Assembly: GCA_036389995.1 (NCBI GenBank)
Contig: DASWCR010000228.1
Span: 1 to 39,422, forward strand
Source of the DNA: Candidatus Limnocylindria bacterium
Lineage (GTDB): Bacteria; Chloroflexota; Limnocylindria; P2-11E
DNA: 39,422 bases
Reading direction: 5' to 3'
The notes under the pieces were generated by a model that saw nothing but the letters and a program-made list of their open reading frames with translations, ran no database searches and was not told where the DNA came from. The position numbers and the translations under genes were made by a program. Position 1 is the stretch's first letter; every line of letters begins with the position of its first letter. This document shows, piece after piece, positions 1 through 7,834 of this stretch.

Positions 1-620
1 CGAAGCGACGCGATCGTGAGGTCGACGAAGGGCGCGGAGACCAGCGCGCCGAGGATCTGCACCTTCAGACCGCCCTCGAGCCGTGGCGCGACAAGCAGGA
101 GCGCGGACGCGAACTGACTCGACTCGTTTCCGGCAATCACGATCTGGCCGCCGCGGATCGGCCCGACGATCGTCACCGGCAGGCGATCCCCCGTGATAGT
201 GGCGCCGAGCCTGCGCAGGGCGTCGAGCAGCGGCGCGATCGGACGCTCACGCAGGCGCGACGAGCCGGTGATCGTGACGTAGCCGCTACCCAGGGCGGCG
301 AGCGCGGCACCGAACCGCGCGACCGTACCCGCGTCCCGGGCATCGACGGCCCCACCCGCACGATGAGGACCGACGCCCGTCCCTTGAATGACGAGCTCAC
401 CGTCGTCCCGCTCCACGCGGTAGTCGAGCGCGATCAGGGCCTCGGTCATCGCGCGGACGTCGTCGCCCGGGTCGAGCGGTCCGAGCTGGAGGCGCGAGCG
501 ACCGTCGGCGATCGCCGACATCACGATCTCCCGATTCGCAACGCTCTTCGACGCCGGCACCCGGGCGCGTTTATCCACGAGCGGCCGGCGGATGGGCGTG
601 ATCGGACGGAGGTCGTCCAT
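1..620 (-). CDS. aroA: 3-phosphoshikimate 1-carboxyvinyltransferase (EPSP synthase), N-terminal ~206 codons; the gene runs off the left window edge
   Basis: Absent from the ORF track because it is open at the window edge. Own minus-strand translation from ATG (complement of 618-620): MDDLRPITPIRRPLVDKRARVPASKSVANREIVMSAIADG...VDARDAGTVARFGAALAAL...SSRLRERPIAPLLDALRRLGATI...GNESSQFASALLLVAPRLEGG. The P-x-SKS-x-x-NR, GT-x-x-RF, L-x-x-RP-x-x-x-L-x-x-AL and SSQ-x-x-SALLL blocks are the characteristic EPSP synthase blocks. Confidence 0.85.
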   Translation of the reverse strand, partial: MDDLRPITPIRRPLVDKRARVPASKSVANREIVMSAIADGRSRLQLGPLDPGDDVRAMTEALIALDYRVERDDGELVIQGTGVGPHRAGGAVDARDAGTVARFGAALAALGSGYVTITGSSRLRERPIAPLLDALRRLGATITGDRLPVTIVGPIRGGQIVIAGNESSQFASALLLVAPRLEGGLKVQILGALVSAPFVDLTIASL

Positions 621-644
621 CGGGATGCGAGGATTATCACCGCG

Positions 645-1790
645 ATGCGGTACACAAGCGCGGAGCGCATGGCGCAGGGCGGCCTGGTCGCATTCGCGCT
701 CGTCTTCGCGCTGGTCGTGTTCACGGTCCTCTTCCGCGGAGGCGACGCCGGACCTGGAGCGAGCCCGACACCGACGGCGACGATCGTCTCGCGGGCGCCC
801 GACGTGACGATCAGCCAGGCCACCTGCTGCACGCAGACCGCGCGAGCGCTCTTGGCGACGTGGGAGTCCAGCGCGCACATCAACGCGGCGAACGGCACGC
901 TGACACCGGATCCTGGTTTCGATTGCAGCGCCAGCATCGACGCGAATGGCCTCAAGGGAACGTTCAGCTGCCGCGGCCTTCTCAAGGGCGCGACCGGCTA
1001 CGTCGCCAATCTGCAGCTCACCACGGCGGTCGGCACCTTCCCCTTCGAGCACCGCTTCAAGACCATGGGCGATCGGTTGACCGACGTGAAGTGGTTCACC
1101 GAGTTCGAGGATCCGAAGGGCGAGCCGCTCTCGTGTGCCGCAGCCAGCTGCCGGATCATCCAGAACTACACGACCGGCAAGGATCCGCTCACCGCGCAGG
1201 CCATCCTCGATCTCGGCCGCCAGTTCAATAAGAGCAACGACCCCGGCCTCGATCCGGTCGCGATCGCCACGGTCCTGCAGCGCATGGACGCGGGCAATCA
1301 CTACCACTACTACCGCTTCGACACGCGCGAGGACGCGACCGGCGCGGCGGTGTACTGGCTCGTGCGCAGCGGGAAGCCGGTCATCGTCATCAGCCTCGCC
1401 GGGCAGCACGGGCCCGTGCTCATGGGCTTTCAGGGGACGTTCGGCACCTACTACGACGATCCGAGCAACCGGATCACCGGCGTCATCGTCGAGGATCCCC
1501 AGCGCGGCGATCTGAATCCACTCACGCAGAATCACCGGCCCGACATATCCCGCGCCGCCGGGTTCCAGACGGGCCAGCTCATCGGCCTCGATGCGTGGTA
1601 TGGCGAGGAATGGTGGCTGCGGTTCGCGTACCCCGCGACGATCAAGATGCCCGACGGCTCATCCCAGAACATCGAGCGCAATGACGGCGTGTACCCGACT
1701 CCACACTGGGAAAAGAAGTTCGTGATCCTGGTCGACGACGGCGATGCCGACAACCCGCCGGACCGCGAAGGGCGGGTGAGGTTTCGTTGA
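645..1790 (+). CDS. membrane-anchored hypothetical protein; C-terminal half possibly a papain-like (C39-like) cysteine peptidase fold
   Basis: Track ORF 363..1790; its first ~94 codons are antisense to aroA, so the start was moved to in-frame ATG 645 (MRYTSAERMAQGGLVAFALVFALVVFTVLF = N-terminal TM anchor; ATG 669 is also possible). The C-terminal part carries an ordered Cys...His...Asp pattern (PLSCAAASCRIIQNY ... LAGQHGPVLMGF ... VIVEDP) reminiscent of C39-like peptidases. The function is inference only. Confidence 0.55.
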   Translation: MRYTSAERMAQGGLVAFALVFALVVFTVLFRGGDAGPGASPTPTATIVSRAPDVTISQATCCTQTARALLATWESSAHINAANGTLTPDPGFDCSASIDANGLKGTFSCRGLLKGATGYVANLQLTTAVGTFPFEHRFKTMGDRLTDVKWFTEFEDPKGEPLSCAAASCRIIQNYTTGKDPLTAQAILDLGRQFNKSNDPGLDPVAIATVLQRMDAGNHYHYYRFDTREDATGAAVYWLVRSGKPVIVISLAGQHGPVLMGFQGTFGTYYDDPSNRITGVIVEDPQRGDLNPLTQNHRPDISRAAGFQTGQLIGLDAWYGEEWWLRFAYPATIKMPDGSSQNIERNDGVYPTPHWEKKFVILVDDGDADNPPDREGRVRFR

Positions 1791-2170
1791 GCGAGGCTGG
1801 GATCGACTGCGTGTTCTGCCGTATCGCGGCCCACACCGCCCCAGCGACGATCCGATACGAAGACGCGTACCTCGTGGCGTTCGACGCGGAGCCGGCCGCG
1901 ACGCCGCTGCACGTGCTCGTCGTGCCGCGCCAGCACATTCGGTCGGTGGCGGACCTCGCGGACACCGAGCTGGCCGGCCGGCTCGTCTTGGCAGCGTCTC
2001 GGATCGCGGCTGATGCCGGCGCCAAGAGCTTTCGCCTAGCGACGAACTCCGGCGCGCCTCTTCAGGACGTCTTCCACCTTCACTGGCATGTCATGGCCGG
2101 CGGCGAGATGGGGCATCCCGCGGGACTCGCGTTTTCGCGGCGGAAGGGGACGGGTCAGACTAGTCGATGA
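1787..2170 (+). CDS. HIT (histidine triad) family nucleotide hydrolase/transferase
   Basis: 127 aa. CVFCRI near the N-terminus and the histidine triad HLHWHVMAG near the C-terminus. TTG start overlaps the upstream stop. Confidence 0.85.
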   Translation: MSEAGIDCVFCRIAAHTAPATIRYEDAYLVAFDAEPAATPLHVLVVPRQHIRSVADLADTELAGRLVLAASRIAADAGAKSFRLATNSGAPLQDVFHLHWHVMAGGEMGHPAGLAFSRRKGTGQTSR

Positions 2171-2754
2171 TGGCGACGCGAAAAGTCCGTCGGAAGACCA
2201 CACCAAGACCCGCTAGCGCGGGGCCGAGCAAGCCCGCGCGGAGAGGGCATCCTCTCGTTGACCAGCTCCGATTCACCCGCAGCGAGTGGTTGCGCGGGCT
2301 CAAAGGAGTGAGCGAGGCCGCCGGGGCGCGGCATTTCGGGCAGATGAACTCGATCGGTTGGATCGTCGGCCACCTCGCGTGGCAGGAGCAGCGCTATCTC
2401 CTGCACCGTCCCCAGGGGATCATGCTGCGCGAGGACATCCAGCGAGACTTCGCGTCGGGCGGCCCGATGAGCACCCCGTCGCTCGCCGAGATGCGGATGG
2501 CCTGGCGGAAGATCACGAAGGCCACCGATCCGTTCCTCGACCAGCTCACGACGCCGAAGCTCCTTGTCGATCTGCCGTTGAACGGAAAAAAGAGCGGCCA
2601 GACGCAAGGGTCCGCCATCCGCCGGCTGACGTACCACTACTGGTTCCACATCGGCGAGATCCTGGCGATCCGGCAGCAACTGGGGGAGAAAGGCCTCCCG
2701 GAGTACGTCGGGAGCATCGAGGCGAAAGCGCCGTACCGGCCGGAGCGAGACTAA
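2167..2754 (+). CDS. DinB superfamily (DinB_2-like) metal-dependent protein
   Basis: 195 aa. IGWIVGHLAWQEQRYL and LTYHYWFHIGEILAIRQQLG match the His-containing helices of the DinB four-helix-bundle family. ATGA overlap with the HIT gene. Confidence 0.75.
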   Translation: MMATRKVRRKTTPRPASAGPSKPARRGHPLVDQLRFTRSEWLRGLKGVSEAAGARHFGQMNSIGWIVGHLAWQEQRYLLHRPQGIMLREDIQRDFASGGPMSTPSLAEMRMAWRKITKATDPFLDQLTTPKLLVDLPLNGKKSGQTQGSAIRRLTYHYWFHIGEILAIRQQLGEKGLPEYVGSIEAKAPYRPERD

Positions 2755-4193
2755 CGCGCTCCACGTAGGCTGACCGGCGGGACGTAGTCTCCGACGAGCT
2801 CGCGATGCCACCACGCGCCGGTCTCGCGGTGTTCGTTCGGCGTCGTGAACCGGTACAGGTAGAGGAGCGCGCGGACGAACCGCGGCGGCTGGCCGTCGAA
2901 AGGGTCGCGTCGGAGGAGGCGGAGCGTCGGACGATCCGACTCGAGCAGCTTCGCGAGGAATGGGACGAACCATTCGTGGTACATCGGTGAGGACATCGCC
3001 GCGAACCACATGAGCCAGTCGAGGCGCAGGTGGTACGGCGCGAACTGCGGCGGACGGCGCTTGATGTCTCCGGGCTTTCCCTTGAACTCGTACTCGCGCC
3101 ACACCGTCTGCGGCGTGAGGACCGGCTCGGCGGTCCCCTCGATCACGACCTCGAATCGCTCCTTCGTGACCGAGCCGAACGCGCCGTATGTCCCGACGAT
3201 GTGGAAGGGATCGAAGCTCGCGTTCATGATCTGCCGGCGCGAGAGCAGGTTGCGTGCGGGCCGGTAGCTGAGGAACACGATGAGCGCGGTCACCGCGAGC
3301 ACCGTCCAGAGAGACCAGCCCGGCGTCTCCTGGGGCCCGTACGGCGCGAGCGGGAAGACGCGACTCAGCGCGGCGCTGTCGAACGCCGAGATCGCGAGCG
3401 CGATCGTGAGGAAGTTCAGCCAGGCGAAGTTTCCGGAGATCACGAGCCAGGACTGGGTGCCGACGATGATGATCCCGGCCACCGTTGCGATCGGCTGGGG
3501 GAAGAAGAGGAACCACGGCACGACCAGCTGAGCGAAGTGATTGCCGAGGACCTCGAACCGATGCAACCGTTTGGGCAGGTGATGGAAGTACCAGCTGAGC
3601 GGGTTTGGCATCGGCTGGGTCTCGTGGTGGTAGTAGAGGCACGTGAGGTCGCGCCAGCACCGGTCGCCGCGCATCTTGATCAGGCCCGCGCCGAACTCCA
3701 CGCGGAAGAGAAGCCACCGCATCAGCACGATGAGGCTGAACTGCGGAGCGGTGGTCGCGCCGCCGAGGAAGATCGTGAGGAAACCGGTCTCGAGGAGGAG
3801 CGACTCCCACCCGAACGAATAGAAGGTCTGGCCGATGTTCACGATCGAGAGGTAGAAGACCCACAGCAGCGCGAACACGAGCATCGACGCGAACGGGATC
3901 GGGTAGTTCGGCCCATCCAGCCAGCCCGTGACCGCGACGACCGACAGAACGACGCCAGCCCAGGCGACGGTCATGAGCTTTCGGTCCGAATACCCGATGA
4001 GATGAAAGAGCGTCGGTGAGGCGCGGAAGGGGACCGCCCGGATGAACTCGGGTGCCGGGAGCAGGCCGCGCTCGCCGAGCAGCGGCCGGAACTGGTTGAT
4101 GGTCACGAGGAACGCGACGAAGTAGATGACGCCGAGCACACGCTCGAAGACGAATCGCGTGAGCCAGTAGTCGGGTGCGGCGAGCCAATCCAT
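2751..4193 (-). CDS. lipase maturation factor (LMF1-like) family polytopic membrane protein
   Basis: 480 aa. N-terminus MDWLAAPDYWLTRFVFERVLGVIYFVAFLVTINQFRPLLGERGLLP is typical of bacterial LMF-family proteins. Many TM segments and GC3-rich codons. Confidence 0.8.
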   Translation of the reverse strand: MDWLAAPDYWLTRFVFERVLGVIYFVAFLVTINQFRPLLGERGLLPAPEFIRAVPFRASPTLFHLIGYSDRKLMTVAWAGVVLSVVAVTGWLDGPNYPIPFASMLVFALLWVFYLSIVNIGQTFYSFGWESLLLETGFLTIFLGGATTAPQFSLIVLMRWLLFRVEFGAGLIKMRGDRCWRDLTCLYYHHETQPMPNPLSWYFHHLPKRLHRFEVLGNHFAQLVVPWFLFFPQPIATVAGIIIVGTQSWLVISGNFAWLNFLTIALAISAFDSAALSRVFPLAPYGPQETPGWSLWTVLAVTALIVFLSYRPARNLLSRRQIMNASFDPFHIVGTYGAFGSVTKERFEVVIEGTAEPVLTPQTVWREYEFKGKPGDIKRRPPQFAPYHLRLDWLMWFAAMSSPMYHEWFVPFLAKLLESDRPTLRLLRRDPFDGQPPRFVRALLYLYRFTTPNEHRETGAWWHRELVGDYVPPVSLRGAR

Positions 4194-4216
4194 GGCGCGG
4201 CTACGCTACGCGCGCC

Positions 4217-4633
4217 GTGGACCCGGCATGGAGCATCAAGCGCGCCCTCGCTGAAGCCGACGAGCTCGAGCTTGTGACGACCGGCCGCGTGAGTGGCCAG
4301 CCGCATACGGTGCGACTTCGATTCGCGTACGACGACGGCGTCGTCTGGCTGCGTACCGGCGAGCGACCTTCAGCACCGGACGCGAGCGGCATTCGCCACC
4401 GCACCGAGTCCGACCGCACTTCCGATTGGTTTCGCAACCTGGAACACGACCCAGAGGCCCGGGTCCGCATCGCGAATGCCGAGCTTCCGGCGCGATACGA
4501 GCGATCAGCCGACGCAGCCGCCGACCTGCGCCGAGCCGTGGAACTCCTTCGCGAAAAATACGGCGCCGAGTGGGTCGGCGACTGGTACCTCGACGCGGGC
4601 CGCATCCCCGTGAAATTGCGCCTGGGGGCCTGA
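4217..4633 (+). CDS. PNPOx-like split-barrel protein of the deazaflavin-dependent nitroreductase (DUF385-like) type
   Basis: Track ORF 4175..4633. GTG 4217 is preferred because it does not overlap the divergent LMF start. LVTTGRVSGQPHTVRLRFAYDDGVVWL ... DWFRNLEHDPEARVRI resembles the family pattern (G-x-x-SG ... W-x-x-NL-x-x-x-P-x-x-x-V). Confidence 0.5.
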   Translation: MDPAWSIKRALAEADELELVTTGRVSGQPHTVRLRFAYDDGVVWLRTGERPSAPDASGIRHRTESDRTSDWFRNLEHDPEARVRIANAELPARYERSADAAADLRRAVELLREKYGAEWVGDWYLDAGRIPVKLRLGA

Positions 4634-4657
4634 GCAGGCTTTGGCGTAGGGTCGACA

Positions 4658-6013
4658 ATGGTTGTGATGACCCGCCTTCATCTTGCAGTCAGGGGAGTCG
4701 CCGCACTCTCAGTCGCTCTCGGTGCATTCGGTATGGGCGCAAGCGCGCTGGCCGCGGACGCACCCGCGCCGGTACTCGTTGGCCATATTCAAGGCGAGAT
4801 CAACCCGATCACCGCCCGGTATGTCGACCGGGTGGTCTCCGATGGAGAGGCCGACAACGCGGCCGCGGTCGTCTTCGTGATCGACACGCCCGGCGGACTC
4901 ATCGACTCGACTTACCAGATCACGGCACGGTTCCTGGCGACGCGCATTCCGATCGTGACCTTCGTCGCACCGGCCGGCGCACGAGCCGCCTCTGCCGGGA
5001 CGTTCATCACCATGGCCGGCCACGTCGCCGCGATGGCGCCGGCGACGAACATCGGCGCCGCCCACCCGGTCGACTCGAGTGGTGGCGATATTCAGGGGGA
5101 TCTTCGGCTCAAGGCCGAGAACGACGCGGTCGCCCACATCGTGAATATCGCCAAGGTCCGCGGGCGGAACGAGACGTGGGCTGAGGACGCTGTCCGTAAG
5201 AGCGTGAGTGCACGCGTCGACGAGGCCTTGACCCTTCATGTCGTGGACCTCGAGGCGAGTGACGTGCCCGACCTTCTTGCAAAGATCGACGGCCGCACGG
5301 TGACGACGACCGCCGGCGCGGTGACTCTCGCGACGAAGAACGCGCCCGTCGCCGACGATGGGCTGAATCCGATCGAGACGTTCCTGCACTTCGTCGTGGA
5401 TCCGCAGATCGCCGTACTGCTCTTTACTCTCGGCACGTACGGCCTCATCTTCGAGCTCTCGAACCCTGGCCTCATCTTCCCTGGGATCATCGGCGTGATC
5501 GCGATCATCCTCGCGCTCTTCTCGTTCGGCACTCTCGACGCGGACGGCGCAGGCATCGCCCTGATGGTGTTCGCGCTCCTTCTATTTGTCGCCGAGATCA
5601 AGGTGCAGGCGCATGGCCTGCTGACGGCCGGCGGTGTCGCGGCGCTTGTCATCGGGCTCATCGTCGTGTTCCCGCCATTCCGTCCGACCTTCCCGGGCGT
5701 ACGCCAAAGCGTCGAACCGCTCCTCGTCGTCTTCGTCGTCGGCCTGACGGCGATCTTCTTCGGAGTTGCATTGCGTACCGCGCTGCGGCCGCTGCCCATC
5801 GCGAGCGGAGCTTCGTTGCTCCTCGGTGCGGTGGGGGTGGCGAAAACCGACGTCGCGCCGCGCGGGATCGCCCATGTGGCCGGCGAGGATTGGACTGTGG
5901 TGAGCGAAGGGGGAGACATCCCGAAGGGTGGCGCGGTGCGAGTGAAGCGTGTCGACAGCGTGCGGCTTATCGTCGAACCGGCGCGGGGCGCCGAAGGAAA
6001 GGGAGCGGCCTAA
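4658..6013 (+). CDS. nfeD: NfeD-family membrane-bound ClpP-class serine protease
   Basis: 451 aa. Signal/TM at the N-terminus; ClpP-like block VVFVIDTPGGLIDSTYQITARFLATRIPIVTFVAPAGARAASAGTFITMAGHVAAMAPATNIGAAHPV; central TM bundle; C-terminal OB-like NfeD domain (GEDWTVVSEGGDIPKGGAVRVKRVDSVRLIV). Immediately followed by an SPFH gene. Confidence 0.85.
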   Translation: MVVMTRLHLAVRGVAALSVALGAFGMGASALAADAPAPVLVGHIQGEINPITARYVDRVVSDGEADNAAAVVFVIDTPGGLIDSTYQITARFLATRIPIVTFVAPAGARAASAGTFITMAGHVAAMAPATNIGAAHPVDSSGGDIQGDLRLKAENDAVAHIVNIAKVRGRNETWAEDAVRKSVSARVDEALTLHVVDLEASDVPDLLAKIDGRTVTTTAGAVTLATKNAPVADDGLNPIETFLHFVVDPQIAVLLFTLGTYGLIFELSNPGLIFPGIIGVIAIILALFSFGTLDADGAGIALMVFALLLFVAEIKVQAHGLLTAGGVAALVIGLIVVFPPFRPTFPGVRQSVEPLLVVFVVGLTAIFFGVALRTALRPLPIASGASLLLGAVGVAKTDVAPRGIAHVAGEDWTVVSEGGDIPKGGAVRVKRVDSVRLIVEPARGAEGKGAA

Positions 6014-6892
6014 ATGAATCTGAGTCTTATCGGTCTCGGCATCCTCATCGTCATTTTGATCCTCGCGCTCCGGGCGATCATTCACATCGTACCGGAGTAC
6101 CAGCGTCTCATCGTCTTCCGGCTCGGAAGCTTTGAGAAAACGGCTGGCCCCGGCATCGTGCTGCTACTCCCGCCGCCGATCCAAAGCGTTGCCCAGACCG
6201 TCGATCTCCGGGAATTCGTGGTGGAGATCCCACAGCAGACCTGCATCACGAAAGACAACGCGCCGATTTCGATCGACTTCCTGATCTACCAGAAGGTCGT
6301 CGAGCCGAAGGACTCGTTCCTGAACATCCAGAACTTCCGTCAGGCCATCCAGGGCATCGCGACGACCACGCTCCGCGCCGTCGTCGGGAACATTCCGCTT
6401 GACGACGTGCTGGCTAAGCGCGAGCAGATCAACGAGGAGCTCCGGGTGAAGCTCGACGACATCACCCACCGCTGGGGCGTGAAGGTCACGAACGTCGAGA
6501 TCAAGGAGCTCACGCCGCCGCGCGACGTGCAGGAGGCGATGAACCGCCAGCTCACCGCGGAGCGGACCCGGCGCGCCGTGGTCACCGAGGCCGAGGGCAA
6601 GAAGGCCTCTCAGATTCTCGTCGCCGACGGCGCGAAGCAGGCCGCGATCCTCGAGGCCGAAGGCGCCCGGCAGTCCGCGATCCTGCGGGCCGAGGGTTTC
6701 GCCTTGGCGATCTCGACGATCAATGCGCAGGCGATGACCGCGGACGCCAAGACGATGACGCTTCAGTACTTCGACGCGCTGAAGCAGCTCGGTGCGTCAC
6801 CTTCGACGAAGTTCATCATCCCGACCGAGTTCACGAACCTCGCTGCGCCGATCAGCGCGCTCGTGGCAGCCCGCGACGGCGAGAAGAAATAG
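6014..6892 (+). CDS. SPFH/Band 7 (stomatin-like, slipin) family protein
   Basis: 292 aa. N-terminal TM, then IVPEYQRLIVFRLGSF...GPGIVLLLPPPIQSV..VDLRE...TKDNAPISIDFLIYQKV, plus a coiled-coil Ala/Glu-rich tail. Start abuts the nfeD stop (TAAATG). Confidence 0.9.
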   Translation: MNLSLIGLGILIVILILALRAIIHIVPEYQRLIVFRLGSFEKTAGPGIVLLLPPPIQSVAQTVDLREFVVEIPQQTCITKDNAPISIDFLIYQKVVEPKDSFLNIQNFRQAIQGIATTTLRAVVGNIPLDDVLAKREQINEELRVKLDDITHRWGVKVTNVEIKELTPPRDVQEAMNRQLTAERTRRAVVTEAEGKKASQILVADGAKQAAILEAEGARQSAILRAEGFALAISTINAQAMTADAKTMTLQYFDALKQLGASPSTKFIIPTEFTNLAAPISALVAARDGEKK

Positions 6893-6915
6893 CCGCCCTC
6901 TAGCCGGGTCGAGTT

Positions 6916-6973
6916 GCGCGGAAGAAGCGGCGCCACGCTCGGCCAGAACGCGTGGCTGCCGCCTCTTCCGCGC
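6916..6973 (+). terminator. long GC-rich hairpin downstream of the nfeD-SPFH operon (terminator-like, no U-tract)
   Basis: Hand-paired: 6916-6938 pairs with 6950-6973 (22 of 23 positions paired, one bulged T at 6957), loop 6939-6949. Begins 24 nt after the SPFH stop codon. No T-run follows. Confidence 0.5.
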
Positions 6974-7158
6974 GGACGCGTACGGCCATCGGCCGCACCC
7001 GTGGACGCGCGGCGAAGGGTGAGTAGACGCGAGGCGGCACCCGCCATGACGCGGATGCCGCCTCGACGTCCTGTGGTGATGGGGAGGGGAACTCCCCGGG
7101 ACGGAAGGACAGGAGAAGCGCAGAAGCAGCTGCCACGGTGCACCCCTAGAAACTGGTT

Positions 7159-7174
7159 TCGAACAGGCGTTCGC
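7159..7174. promoter_or_regulatory. LexA (SOS/Cheo-type) box 1: tcGAACaggcGTTCgc
   Basis: Perfect GAAC(7161-7164)-N4-GTTC(7169-7172) palindrome with flanking TC/G, matching the Gram-positive/actinobacterial LexA consensus (T)CGAAC-N4-GTTCG(A). About 80 nt upstream of the ligase-like CDS. Confidence 0.6.
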
Positions 7175-7178
7175 ATGA

Positions 7179-7194
7179 TAGAACGTACGTTCGC
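7179..7194. promoter_or_regulatory. LexA (SOS/Cheo-type) box 2: taGAACgtacGTTCgc
   Basis: Perfect GAAC(7181-7184)-N4-GTTC(7189-7192). Its centre lies exactly 20 bp from the centre of box 1, about 60 nt upstream of the ligase-like CDS. Confidence 0.6.
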
Positions 7195-7248
7195 CATGTC
7201 AAGAGCGGGGATACTCGAGTCCTGAGCGCCGCCCTCGGGGCAGACCTC

Positions 7249-7818
7249 TTGCCCCAACGACCTCGATCAGTCCGCGAACGAGCGGAGCGAGAGGGCCACA
7301 TCCTCGAGCCGGCGTGGACGGGCACGCGCGTGCTTGTGCGCGTCGGCCATCCCGAACCGCATTTCCTCGGCTATGAGGGCAGGGTGGACGGGCCGCGCGA
7401 GCTGTACGACGCGATCGTCGCGGAGACGAGGTGCGAGACCGCCATCCTCGACGGCGTCCTCGTAGCCGACTGGAAGGACGAGAGCGACCTCGAGGTCGAC
7501 GATCATGGCAACGCGTATACGCGGCAATTCGGAGGTCGTCAGATCTTCGCCGCGTTCGACTTACTCGAGATCGACGGCGAGTCACTCCTCCGAGTCCCGC
7601 TCCTGGAGCGCCGGCGTCACCTCGAGGGCGTTCTCGCGCCAAGCCCGAACGTCCGACTCACGCCTTTTGTCACGCGCGGCCTGCGGGCGTGGCGCGACAC
7701 ACTTCAGGCGCAGGGCTTTCGCCGCGTTGTGCTCAAGAATTGGAACAGCACGTACACGCCGGGCAAGACGACCGATGATTGGCTCGTGATCGAAAAATTG
7801 AAGGCAGCTACTCCATGA
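7249..7818 (+). CDS. ATP-dependent DNA ligase-like nucleotidyltransferase-domain protein with degenerate active-site motifs (no OB domain)
   Basis: 189 aa, TTG start. It aligns by eye to LigD/LigC adenylation-domain blocks. EPAWTGTRVLV matches motif I (canonical EPKWDGxR). ILDGVLV follows. FAAFDLLEIDGESLLRVPLLERRRHLEGVL matches motif III and the PL-x-ERR block. FRRVVLKNWNSTYTPGKTTDDWLVIEKLK matches motifs IV/V (canonical EGVVAK..S.Y.PG.RS..WLKVK). Confidence 0.7.
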   Translation: MPQRPRSVRERAEREGHILEPAWTGTRVLVRVGHPEPHFLGYEGRVDGPRELYDAIVAETRCETAILDGVLVADWKDESDLEVDDHGNAYTRQFGGRQIFAAFDLLEIDGESLLRVPLLERRRHLEGVLAPSPNVRLTPFVTRGLRAWRDTLQAQGFRRVVLKNWNSTYTPGKTTDDWLVIEKLKAATP

Positions 7819-7834
7819 CGCGTCGGAGGTACTC

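Noticed and set aside
363-644. N-terminal 94 codons of track ORF 363..1790
   Set aside because: This stretch is antisense to the aroA N-terminus. The hydrophobic anchor and plausible starts (645/669) come only after the aroA start.
2155-4188. 677-aa ORF on the minus strand, Arg/Pro/Ala-rich
   Set aside because: It runs on the same strand as the 480-aa lipase-maturation-factor gene but in another frame, and it also runs antisense through the DinB gene. The composition (RRxRxP runs) is typical of off-frame translation of GC-rich coding DNA, and no motif is recognisable.
4658-6892. The NfeD-SPFH pair as a candidate novel system
   Set aside because: This is a well-established, widespread two-gene operon (stomatin-like protein plus its NfeD partner protease). 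Nothing atypical was seen in the motifs or arrangement.
6792-7257. Several 76-164-aa ORFs on both strands in the SPFH/ligase-like spacer
   Set aside because: They are Arg/Pro/Gly-rich, mutually overlapping, without RBS, and cross the hairpins and LexA boxes. The region is treated as non-coding.
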